The position numbers and the translations under genes were made by a program. A stretch of 64,000 nucleotides of DNA from Phoronis australis. Its lineage: Eukaryota; Animalia; Phoronida. The notes under the pieces are model-generated. The model saw only the letters and a program-made list of their open reading frames with translations, ran no database searches and had not been told where the DNA came from. Where the stretch lies: contig NMRA01000142.1 of NCBI GenBank assembly GCA_002633005.1, positions 124,001 to 188,000 of the forward strand. Reading direction: 5' to 3'. Shown here one piece after another: positions 42,567 through 54,600 of the stretch. Within the stretch, counting starts at the first letter, position 1; every line of letters begins with the position of its first letter.

Positions 42567-43693
42567 GACTCTGTGGCTCGTTATAGTCTCTCTAGTTCCC
42601 TACGGTTTGGGTGTTTCCATGGCGATACTTCCTACATTCCAACAGTGCCTTAGAAGAGCACGGTGAGAAACCACAGTTTCAATTTTTTAAGTTAAACTTT
42701 AAGGATTTGATGAGACAGAGTGTGACTGAATTGATCCATTAATTCAATATTTCAATAAAGTGTGCCATCTGTTGTAGGGTGAATGGGTTCGAAGACAATC
42801 TGAACACCTACGGTTTAGTTTCTGGTCTCTTTAACAGTTCCTTTTCATTTGGGTAAGTCTAACTCAAGCTATCTGAAAAACACGGCTCACGCACTCACCG
42901 ACGAACATAGCTCCGAACTCATGAATACGGCTCACGGGCCTGTAAGTGTAAGCTCGAATCCGACTGACTGACAACATGGCTCCACACTCACATGACACGG
43001 CTTCTGGAACGCAAATACGAATTTGAAGCGTGTAAACGCGACCCGTTGTCTCTTCGCTGAGTCATGCACGTGATTCTTAGTCGGGTAAGCCAATGAGTCA
43101 TTTTCGGGTTGCGCCAAACCGTATATGTGGGTGCGGGACGGTTTTTGTTAGTCTGTGAACTGAGTTTATAATTCCGCGATCAGTGTTCACGAGTGCCTGC
43201 ATGTGACGCCGTCTCATTCTTCTGTTAATCTCTACTGAAATGCTTACATCTACATGTATTTCACGTTTTCTTTCAGTCAACCTTGAATGGTTGTTCTGTT
43301 TGGATATCAGTGGGACAATCGGAAAGTGGCTATTAAATGACAGGGATACATCACCGTGTTTTCTGGCACGCACAAAACAAAATGCTGTTAACTGTGATGT
43401 TTTGCGAGCAAAGAAGAGACATTTTATCATCAAATCAGTGAAATGCCACGCATCGATCTTTTTTCAAATTGCTAGCTAGATACCAATGGAATTTGGAGGA
43501 TAATCCTTTTTTTGGCTTTCAGGCGTTGGTTCTGACTGACAGCTTCCACCTTTTAATTGATGCGAACGCGTGTGATATTGTCAGATTAATTCTTTTCAGA
43601 GCTTTCGCTGGACCAACTTTGGCAGGTTACTTGATTCAAATCTACAGCTTTAAATGGGCTACGACTTACTGGTCTTTTGCCATTGGCGCCATG
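42567..43693 (+). other. Second copy of SLC18B1 paralog-b exons 10-12 (42567-42662, 42778-42852, 43600-43693); probably an allelic or assembly duplicate
   Basis: Nearly identical to 38843-39969, with one visible amino-acid change (FEW to FKW). It lies in a block that starts immediately after the N gap. Confidence 0.85.
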
Positions 43694-45209
43694 GTAAATA
43701 CAAGATGCCACAAGATTTAAAAATTAATTAATTTACTAAGGCTGAAATTAAACTTTAAGAAACACCTAGTATTGCTTAAAATTTTGATTTCCCCAACTCT
43801 TAAAAGGAAGGTGCAAGTTAACAGTGTAATAATCGTTTCCGATTTTCGCTTTTCGTGCTTTGCTGTGTTTGGGAACGCGAGCTCGCGGTATTAGTTTTGC
43901 GTGAACGCAACTCGGTTCTACAGGGTAATTCTCCCGAAGCAGGCCCCAAAATCTTGCCAATAACGTATCTCATCTTTAGCTAAGGACCCAAAATTTTGCA
44001 AAATCCTGCATAATTCTGTTACGAACAAACGCTGCACCGCGCGCTGCCAATAGTTAATTCAACGCCGTTTTTTTCGGCAGTGTCAACTTCTAGCTCGACG
44101 CGTGTATTCTATACACCTTGTTCACGCAGTCGCCACATTACAAAGACCCCTGTTCGGTTTTAAAAACAATGCGTTTCACGCTTAATAACAGTGCAAAACG
44201 CGATTTTTCGCGTGCTTCGTTATATTTATGTCACAAATGCATTGCCAAAACCTAAAAAAGGCCCATTTTTAAAATGGCGACTGCGTGAATAAGGTCTATG
44301 GAAAAGTGTATTTTTCAATTTGGAAAGGCACGTCAAGTTGTGCTTAAATGCTTATGAGCGACATTTCGAGCACCTACTGTAAAGAGCTTGGCTCATTTGG
44401 ACAATCTCGTCAGCTCAACTACAGGCATGAGGCCCCTTTTTCAGACGTTACTGATTCACGCCTCTTTGTGCTCCAATGGACCAAACGCAGCGAACGTCGG
44501 GAAATCCGCGGAGACGCCGCCAAAAACGCATCATCACCTTTTAAAATATATAAAATTGACAACTTGGCTTCAATCAAAAATTTTTATAATAATTTGGGGC
44601 CTGTCTTGGGAGCCGGAATCACCCTAGGCTGTATAACTAAAACAACTACGTCACAACCGCGTGGAGTATTGCGCGATTTTACGACAGCGTTTCTTGATTT
44701 TACAGGGTTTCATGATTATGGCATTCTTCGGTGTATTTTCGGTGTATAGCAGACGGCACACGGAAAGAAGTCTGCTGCAGGACCTGGGTAATGAAATCAC
44801 CGTCACGTCATAAGCATCCAACTTCTACCAATGCTCCGAAGAGTGTGGCATATTTTGAGCAAAACGTCCAGAGCACCGTTACGAAACGAAAACACAAGTT
44901 ATACATCTTGCAAGCGCGAACGCAGGAAAAGACCTCTCTAATGTGTGATTTTTTTACGACGCACAAGTTTTGGCTCGCACCGCACGACACCCACGAAGTA
45001 AAGGAGCATCGTGGATGTGCTACTACCCAGACTGAGGGAATTGGACTAAGACTGTTGTTGGCATGCATTTTTGCAAAGTCATTTAGTAATAAAACCGTCA
45101 AAACACACTACTCTAACCCGATTTTTAATACTCTCATTAGTTGTTCTATTCTAAAATTTATTCGAACTATATCTATCGTTGTTATTCGCCCACTGTATAA
45201 AACCTATAG

Positions 45210-45360
45210 TAGAGGGGGGCCAAGGGGCCATGGCCCCCCTTAAAACTCCCCCAGATTTCATTTGGCAGTTGGGAGGTTCGCCGTCTGACGGGCAAAATCC
45301 TGGCTAATAATCTTGTCTGGCCCCGCGGCCCCCTAAATAAAAATCCTGGATCCGCCCCTG
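45210..45360. mobile_element. Small CAG(T/G)GGCGGAT-ended MITE; right end here, left end seen in the other copy at 41497
   Basis: 41497 CAGTGGCGGATTTAG is preceded by GTATT, and the element end CTGGATCCGCCCCTG at 45360 is followed by GTATT. Confidence 0.65.
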
Positions 45361-46762
45361 GTATTCATACGGAATCAACTTCACCTTATTCCATTCAGTT
45401 ATAAGAGTCAAGTAGATGTCACTGCTCACCTATATACGTGTAGTCTTGCAAAGTAATGTCACTGAGCGTCAGTACTGCCACCCACTGACCACATGGTCCG
45501 CCGGATTCAAGTTTTCGTAAAATTTCTCTTGCGGTCTTGCGGTCCAGCGCGGATCAAATAAATTTGCTTTAATCAAAATAACTGTAGCTACACGCACCTG
45601 GTGTCACGGACAACTTAGAGAGGGGGTGGGGGCTTCGGTGTTGTTTTTATTGTTTCCATCGGAAGGGGACCATAGATATTTTGTTTTTGCGGATGTAGTT
45701 CACATACCAACTAGGGGAATGGCCTCAGGGGACGGTAGTCGTACGTGTAATCCGAATACCCCCAGAAATAAAAAAAAATCAGAATTAATTCGCTAGTCAC
45801 CACGTAAAAATTTCCCCAGATTCCACAGTTATTATAAGCTCAGTGCAGCTCTCAGAACAACTGATAAAATATAAGTCTATTTACTTCAGCAGTAATTGTT
45901 GTATTTAAAATACAGACATGAGCCATAGTACAAAAATTACCCATGCTTACAGCACCATGTGTCTACAACATAAACGTTGGTGTTAGCAGTCACTGAATAT
46001 ATACAGATGTACTTTATACAAACTATAATTATATTACTTTAGTAAACAGTTGTTTAAGTAGGGAAAACATAAAACGACACACAACATTGAGCACAAGTAA
46101 AACAATTTATACACAGCAAAAATTCCTTAGGATGGCTGAATTTGAGACACTGAAAATTGTGAAAAAAATAGTTTCAGTACTATTTCTTAATAACCAAATG
46201 TTTTGATAATTTTACTATCCCAGACATGGCTTAAAATTTTTGTATATAATGAAAATTTTATGGTTGAAAAATCGAGGAATTTTCAGCGAAATTGAATAGT
46301 ACAAACAATTTCAATGGAATCATTCTTAATAAACACTCATTTTTCAAGAGAAAATATACCCTACCTCACCCACTGGACTCTGATAACCCACATGAAGCAG
46401 TTTCTGAACACAAAGTTAACACTGAAAAACGTAAGTCACATCACCCCTTCATGCAGTCAATTATATCAATACTTGGAAGACCAATAAAACAACAATGTAA
46501 ACACTAGCCTTAGATACATAGACTTTGTAAATAATAACTAGCAACTACAAGTTCGCAAGCCAAGAGCTTCTGGCAAATCTTCATAAGAACAAAGAACACT
46601 GTGATGGTCCATACTAACTGAGGGAAGCACATATCAAAGTGATGTCATGAAGGACAATATTATTACTACATCACCCAAAGTGTGAATTCACCAGCCATCT
46701 GCCATCATCACAGGAAAACGAAACAAAAAAGGTAAATCTATCATGTAACAAACAGTATGGTG

Positions 46763-46799
46763 TTTATTATTATTATTATTATTATTATTATTTTATTAT
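46763..46799. repeat. (TTA)n microsatellite
   Basis: TTTATTATTATTATTATTATTATTATTA run. Confidence 0.9.
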
Positions 46800-48648
46800 C
46801 TAATACGATATCGCTTGAATTTTGGCTCCACTCAGTTGGTCCAGACCATCGGGGGTATTGTTTTGTACATAGGAAAAGACCTACAAGACGCTTGTGCTGC
46901 TCATAATTCAGTGTTCTTGCTTCTCAAAGTGACAATAAAACCCGCCTTCTGTAAAAGAACTCTTACTACGATAAATCTGGTCTTATCTTTTTCCTTGCTC
47001 AGCCCAGAGGCGATTCCCGGACTTAGAAAGAACTGACCATTTGTTATTGCTGGGATCAAGTCATTATTTCTAATGCACCCAGTATCACATTACCAGTTCT
47101 TACACAGCTCAGAAACGATCTAAATCAAAGTTTTTTCTGACAACCGAAGGCGGGCTTGGATCCACTTTAACCGAGAATCAGTTGTATAATTACATTCACC
47201 CATCAACAGCACAACCATAGCTGGAATTCCAGCAATTCGATGTAAGAAGTACATGAAGTGTGCTTCCATAAATGAGTCACTACACTGGCACACTATCATG
47301 TATGAGTCATGAAGCAGTCTCACTTGTTCAAAGACGATAATCTCTAGATACAGAACTAATTAACCCGCAGGTGGCGCAGCACTAAAATCATTCAGCAAGT
47401 CTATGTTTGTAGTCTGATGGATAAGTGCGATGTAGCATCTGCCAAGAACAGGTGGGCAAAATTAGATAACTCGCATTTCCCTGTCATGCTAACTGAGAGC
47501 ATGGAGAATTCCCCTATCGAAGTAGATAGGATAAGCCATGGATACATAGTCCCGTTGGGGCAATATGCGCCATCAGGGCAAAACAGAATTCTGTTCCATT
47601 TTTTTGGCATGTACTGTTCTTCCATCAATGAATCGGACATTTATTGCACGTTCATAGCTGAGTAATGGTGTAAAGGGACACATTGTTGGAAGATCACTAC
47701 ATTGTCACAACAAATTGACAGCAGATAACAACTTAAAAAGCTCTGTTATATCCCATCTGCATCGCTCAGGCACAAGCACAGAGTTTATATGGCTTGTTTG
47801 GACATCAAGAACAATAATATTGTTAAATGTTTAAAAACCAAAGGAGAAACTTTTTAGGGCTATCACCAGAGTCTATCCTTTCTGAATTGTGATTGCCCCC
47901 CCCCCTTTTCGTGAAATCTTAAATTGTGAGGGATTAAAACATTAAACCAATAAAATTATTGAGGCTTTCTCACTAGGAATTTAGTAATTTCCAAAGAACT
48001 GAATACTAAACAAAACTTGAAAAGAGAATTCTGTTATACAAAATCCAGCTTGTTTTCTTATAAATATTAAGTAAATAAGGAAATAAGTATTTTACAGCAA
48101 AGTGCATTTCAGAATCTGTGATTGGTGGCTGGTCTATATGCAAATTTGTAACTGGGTTGTCTGATTGGCTAGTTTGAGGCATGTGATAGGCTAACTGTCG
48201 AAGCACACTAATCAATGCTGCAAACATTGAATGAGTCCCAAAACAATTTTAATATGAAGAAACAAACAAGAAAATCTGGCCACCTTTTTCAATGTACAGG
48301 GTGACAGAATACTTCCTTAGTGGTTCACAAATTATTTTGCGGTGCATTTTGAGCCAATCCATCATGTGATTATTCCATTTTGGGCTTGGAAGGGGTAAGT
48401 AGTCCCCATAGTGGCTTAAAATTTTGGGATGGTTGTAAATCATGAGTGCCATTCACACAAAATAGGTCAGTGAAAGTAGTTCTTTGTAAACCCTGCCCTT
48501 AGTCATACAAATGTCCCAGTTGGATTGTGTAACTATACACAGCTTAACAAAGGGTTTATAGTCCTGGCCCAGAATGCACACAATTATTAATTCAGACACC
48601 CACCCAAGGTAAATCCAGGCCCTACTTGCAAACAATAATACAACAAAA

Positions 48649-51600
48649 TTACGTCCCTTCATTCTCCTCTTCATCAAAGTCAATGCACGATATCAACTCT
48701 TCATTGTCGCTGTCGTTAGCGGGCGGTAGCTGCCGAAGGGTCAATATGAGACGGTCAACTAGCAGGGCTACGACCTTGTCCAGAGGGTCCATACATCCCC
48801 GTTGCATCCACTTGGGAATGGTGACACGCGCGCGGGTGAAACCCAGTTTCTGCAGGATGTAGTCTACGCCGATTGGCTCAATCCTGTTGCCAGCCCATGA
48901 GATCAGCCTGGAGAATTAGCAGTGGAAGAGGAAGCAAGAACTAGTTTTATTAATCGCCAAAAACATTATCACGACTATCTTTCTAATAACAGTGGCGGTC
49001 TGGTACACGTGCAGGCCGCTCGCGTGGACCCACTGCACGGATCACAAGAAACTATTTTTATGGTTTATTGATATATAAAACCGAGGTGAGGAGGTAGAGA
49101 ACTGACTCAAGGGTTTGCAGTGTGCCCCAGTGGGACTTGAACCCATGACCTGCAGTAAAGGAAGCACCACTTACCCCATTAGGCCACACTGCCTCCTCGA
49201 TTATATTTCTAGCAGGACACTCCCTATTTTTAAAACTTATCAGTTGTAATCATTATGATGTCTTCAATAGCGTTATTACCTATGTTTTAACTACACTATG
49301 ACATTCTGATATTTCTTAACTGTATAAAAACATAACTGAGAGAAACCACTGGAATCACTCACTAATAAATTAAAGAAAGTACTGTTGGACAGTTACTGTA
49401 CATATTAAATAGTCTTTCACACTTGACACTTCAATACTATCAGATAAGGACCTGTTAAATAAAACGAGTGACAAAATAATTTCCAATTAGAATATCTGAA
49501 AACCGAAGAGAAAATTTGTTTACCCAATAGCAATTGGTTTCTATCATCAAACAAAAATAAGAGACAACCACTGTTTGTTATGAAGCAGTCAATTTTGGAA
49601 CACGAGACCAACCGCGTCAAAATCAACACACCCTGCTGTTATTTCTATCATTAAGTAATTTCTGTTGTGGTATGGAAAGGTTTGAGGAAAATTTCGTACA
49701 GTTGAGTAACCTGGTTATAAATTGGACCTTAGGTAGAGAATACATTTAAAATAAAACGTTTCTTTAAGTTATGAGTTGTCACTTACCTGACTGTCGGTTC
49801 CAAATACCACGTTTTGCACTCAAACTCGCGACTGTCTTTCTTCAGTTCTGTCGTGGGGTCAGTAAGTTTCTTCTTTTCTGACGTTCCACTGGAGGTGCTG
49901 TCTGGAGATTTGGCACGACTTCCATAGAATGACATGGAGCGAGAACCTAGCAAGTAGTATATATAAATAATAAAATAGATGCTGGTATGCCACGCAGTTA
50001 CCAACGGATAAGAATACAAATAGTAAAAGTAAAACTACGAGCGTCAGTACTGAAATATATTATAATATTCCCCGTGTTTCGAGTGGAGCACTCTTTATCA
50101 GGGTCTGTGTTATGCCCTAGATAAAGAGTGCACCACTTGAAGTAGTGTCCACATGCATTGGTGACAACGGTATATTTACCATGATAATTAATGTGTTCAT
50201 TATTTGAACATTTATTACCAGGACAGTTGTAAGCCAGGAAATGAAAGAATTCCCAATTTGTCCACATGCACAAAGCACTCTTAGCATTATGTCATTCAAT
50301 TGTCAGACAAGGCACTGTTCCACTGTCAGTTGGCCGAATACAATAATTATTTCAAAAGATATTAAAACAAAGTGCACAAAGAAAATTAATTTTCCCTGAA
50401 TACAACACAACAGTATAATTTTAGAAATTAGAAAAATTTGAATAATACTAATAAGTTTTTGCCTACATGAAAACTAGTCTCAAAACAAACACCATTGACT
50501 CAGAGTAAAAAACAACACTGAGATTTCAATGCCAAAATAATCAACCTTTTCTTACTGTTCCTTTTAAAACATGTTGAGAAAGAGGTATTCCAAACAAAAC
50601 TACTGCAAGCACCAAATTGTCCAAAACCTACTTTTATCTTTCTCCTTCACGTACGCCATGACAACATCATGTAAGAACAAAATGACCTCTGCATCCATGG
50701 CAACGTAGATGTGATCCTCAAACTCAGTGACGAAGCTGACTTCAACAATGGGGAATGGCCCTAACAAGAGACACAGCAAAACAACGCTACAGTAAAGTCT
50801 CACCAATTTCGGACAAAAATAATTGCCAAAATTGGTCTGTCTTCATTTTTCAAACACTTTTAATGTTGTTTTGAATTTCCACAGTTGCTGGAAACATTGT
50901 CTGAAGGAAGCTATTGGACCATTAAAACGGTACAGCATCTGTTTGGTGCTTCTTATCTTTTATTAAAAAAATGAAAACATAAATTTCACTTGTACACCAT
51001 GTTGTGTCCTAAATTGGTGACATTTTACCGTACTTCAACGCAGACCTATCAGTCGTGATTGCAATAATACAAGGCCGTTACAAGTCGACAATACACAACT
51101 TGAATCACTCATCATTGTACAATTTAAAAAAAAGGAGAGTGCATTATTTGTAAAGCCAATATATCTCTGTCACATGTGCTTATTCTCAAAATGCACATCA
51201 TAGGTTGTGGGGAGGTACTTGAACAAACTTGGTATGAGGTCATATCTGAGACTGATGATGTGAAACGTCCATATTTCAGTAATTTTCTCCAATTTTGGAC
51301 AATTGCCAAAATCTCCCTTTTCATTTTTCCAGGACTTGGCAATGTTGATGCAAATATCCACCGTTTCCCAAAACATTGTCCAACAGCAGCGGTACTGAAC
51401 TTGAACATAAAAAGCATCTTTTTTGCTCGTCTTTTATGGAGAAACTGAAGGAACCAGAATTCAAAACATATTCATGACTGTGTCTTAAACTGATGAGATT
51501 TTATTTTAAATTGTAACCTTTTTAATAGCACAAATACATGATAATAGCCTGAGATCTCGATTTATGTTTGAATATTCATCAAACCAAAACAACAAATTGC

Positions 51601-54600
51601 TGCTTTCAATAAACTTTATCAAGCAGAAATGTTAAAATTCCTCGATTTGCCATCGTTTTTGCCAAGGTTGTCTTAAAACATGTTATCTTTTTTATATCTT
51701 GGCTGTGCTGTCCAAGCCATTAAATTTATTTTTTAAAACTGGCTGTCCCAAACACGGCTGCTTGATGAGTCTTCGAATACTTGGCTAACGCGTGGCCCAG
51801 CTAAACTTTTTTGTTTAAAAGCAATTGCATGAAAAAACTTCAGGGCCACACTGCATACACACCAAAATGAATGCTCTAATGTTTTAACAATCACTTATTT
51901 GTCAAACAAATGTGACAAAATCAAGCAATGCAAGGAATGCCACCTTCAGGCGGGGGAGGTTTCTCTCCTTGTCTGTGTTCCGTCTGTAGGTGGAGCTGCA
52001 AAGCAGGCAGGGCAAAGATTGTCTCCGTCTCATGTCGGTGCTCCTGATATTTGCGGATATTTTTCTTCTGCTCTGGTTCAGCCTCTGTATGAGGCCGTAT
52101 TTCAGGAAAGGCCATTCCTGAAAGCAAGTAAAAACCAAAAAAGTTCGAAATTTGCTAGGTTGGGTTACAACGTTTCTTGTCATAATATATTCCCATTAAA
52201 CAGCAAATTTGAATCTCAACAATAGTATAATTCAGCGGACTATTCTCTGTAACCAAAATCTTGTTAAACGTGACACAAGAATTATAACATTAATAGTTAT
52301 TCATAACTTTCTAGCTACATTTCTCAAACTCTCTGAACATTCTTCTTGTCACTGGGCTACACTGACAAAGTCCCGTGAGACATGATAATGACGACGATGT
52401 TAAAACAAAAGTTAAAACATGATGACGACGACGATGATGATGTCTCTCAGAACTCTACTTCATCAGTGTGACACAGCGACAAGTGGTACATTCACAGAGT
52501 TTGAGAAATGTGGACTCAGTCTGACATTTAAAAAAAATATCGTCATGCCGTGTTTAATTTAATGAGACTTGAATGAAGGACACAATATAATGCACTAATT
52601 TACTCACATTTGTCCACATGAGACATGTAGCACCAAATTAATAAATTTCCATGTTCAAGATCATGAGACAAGATTTTGAAAAATTGTGGACATTCATAAT
52701 ACGTTAGGACCTTGTGAAAAATGAAAAAGAGCATTTTTTGCGAATAATTTCGTCCAAAATTGCCAAGATTTTACTGTGTGCGGAAATACTGAACAGCAAG
52801 AATGAAGGCATTGTCTCCAGATAGGTGGTTCATCCTACAACCACCCTTCTCAGATCTCAGTTCAGATGATCTTATCCGCAGCTTCTGCTAATTTAAACAA
52901 ATTAAACGTTCTGCTCTCAGTCTCTCCCGCTCTCTGCCCCTCCCCGATATTCTCAAACGAGAACACCATACCTGCAGCTTCCTTACACGCGAATGCATAC
53001 TGGAACCACTCTTGAACGCTGTTGAATGGTGGCGGCATGTGGTAGCCACGCGACAGCTTCAAGATGGATGCCTTGTGCTTCTTGTCCAAGTGCGTTTGGT
53101 TGTGGCCAAGGTTGAACTGCAAGTTTTGGACAACATGTGTCTCTGTTGTGCTTTGACCTGTTGTGAAAATGAAGGAACTAACACTGTGTGGTGAGAAGTT
53201 TGGTGAAACTCAATTATGAAAATGATGGAACTAACAGTGTAGTGAGAAGTTTCGTGAAATTCAAAGCATTTTCAGGAATTCAAATCGAATTCAATGCGAT
53301 ATTCACAATCATGTATGAATCACATTAAATTCAGTGATCAAGTTACACTCGACGTCTGCTTAAAATAACAGCATACGTAATGGATGCACAGTCATGAAAT
53401 TCTCACCTTCAACCATAATACATTGTGCTTCAGTTGCGAATGATATGTTGGGTTCCTTCATGATGAATAAAGCCCAGAATTTGGAGCGGAAGTTGATACC
53501 ATGGAAACAAGCCAGTGATATGTTGTTACCCTGGAGATTCATAGTTCCTCCGAGTATGGACCCATATTTGGGCAATGGGGATGGCAACATGGGAAGGTGG
53601 CAGCCAGAGATATGAGCGAGCACCATCTGCCAGTGTCGATGGTGGAGCAGCCACGGAGCGCTGGACTTGGGTTTTGTAGCTGTATAACAAAAACATAATT
53701 ATTGGCTGTAATGTATGAGGGGTTAGGTGAACGTGCTGAGGGCTACATGAGTTCAGCTGGGTCAGAGTAATTGCCAATTTCTATCTCATTCCGTTTCACT
53801 TTTCAAAATCTTCTGGTTTCCTCAGAACAACAGTTTGACAGGTGCCAGTCACAGCGGATGAAATCACACAACACATAACGTATGTTCAACAAAAACGTAA
53901 TTTGTGATTCTGTGATATTCTGTTAGCATTATTTATCCTTCTTGTGGCTTACTAAACCCTCAATGGTGTCTCTGCATTTCATAAGCTGAGACTATACCGA
54001 GTGGACAGGCATTCACACACTGCTAGCTTTAGAATAGGGGGCACAGTCATTCGGGTTTTTGACCCTCTGTTGCTACAATAAATTTTGCCCAACGGTACAT
54101 ACATTGAACACCTATGAACAATTCATTCTATCAAATTCACCTGGTGCTTTTGTTGTTATGGGTGTGGTCGAGGGTCCCAGTGAAAAAATCCGTCTGCTAC
54201 TAATAAACTGCTGTGAGAAGTATTCCTCAAGCTTGGCGGCCAGCTTGATCAGGTCAGGGGTCGTCGACCTGGAAATCATGATGTGTAGCTGGTCCCAGTC
54301 TAAATCTCCGTGGACAAACACAAGGGCTGGCCTGAAAAGAAAATCACAGTGTATCTAATTATCACATTGCAATATGTTTTCGTGTATGGCACGTGGTGAA
54401 TATTCGGGACCCTAGTTGCAGTAGAGCAGATTGCTCCAGATTACATTCTTTCAGAGCAAATTACAATTCAAACAAAAATAATAAAAGTCAAGCCAGGTGT
54501 GACAACTATATTGCATTTGCATGATTAAGCATTCATTTGCATCATTAATTATTCATGCTGACATTTGACTGTTTCCTCATGCATTTACTTAGCAGCTTTG

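Larger units (their letters stand above)
38757..45309. repeat. ~2.8-kb near-identical duplication (38757-41597 vs 42481-45309) around an 883-N gap
   Basis: Colinear sequence with scattered SNPs and small indels; both copies abut the gap. Confidence 0.92.

Noticed and set aside
40630-45243. ORFs 40630-41031, 44348-44749 and 44731-45243 conserved between two copies
   Set aside because: The conservation only reflects the near-identical duplication. I recognise no domain and the ORF limits differ between copies.
46815-47036. Candidate last exon of SLC18B1 paralog b
   Set aside because: The acceptor is plausible but similarity to paralog-a exon 13 is weak and there is no dileucine tail, so it is not annotated as CDS.
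49083-49196. Possible tRNA gene
   Set aside because: A and B boxes are present but there is no proper acceptor or anticodon stem; a SINE head fits better.
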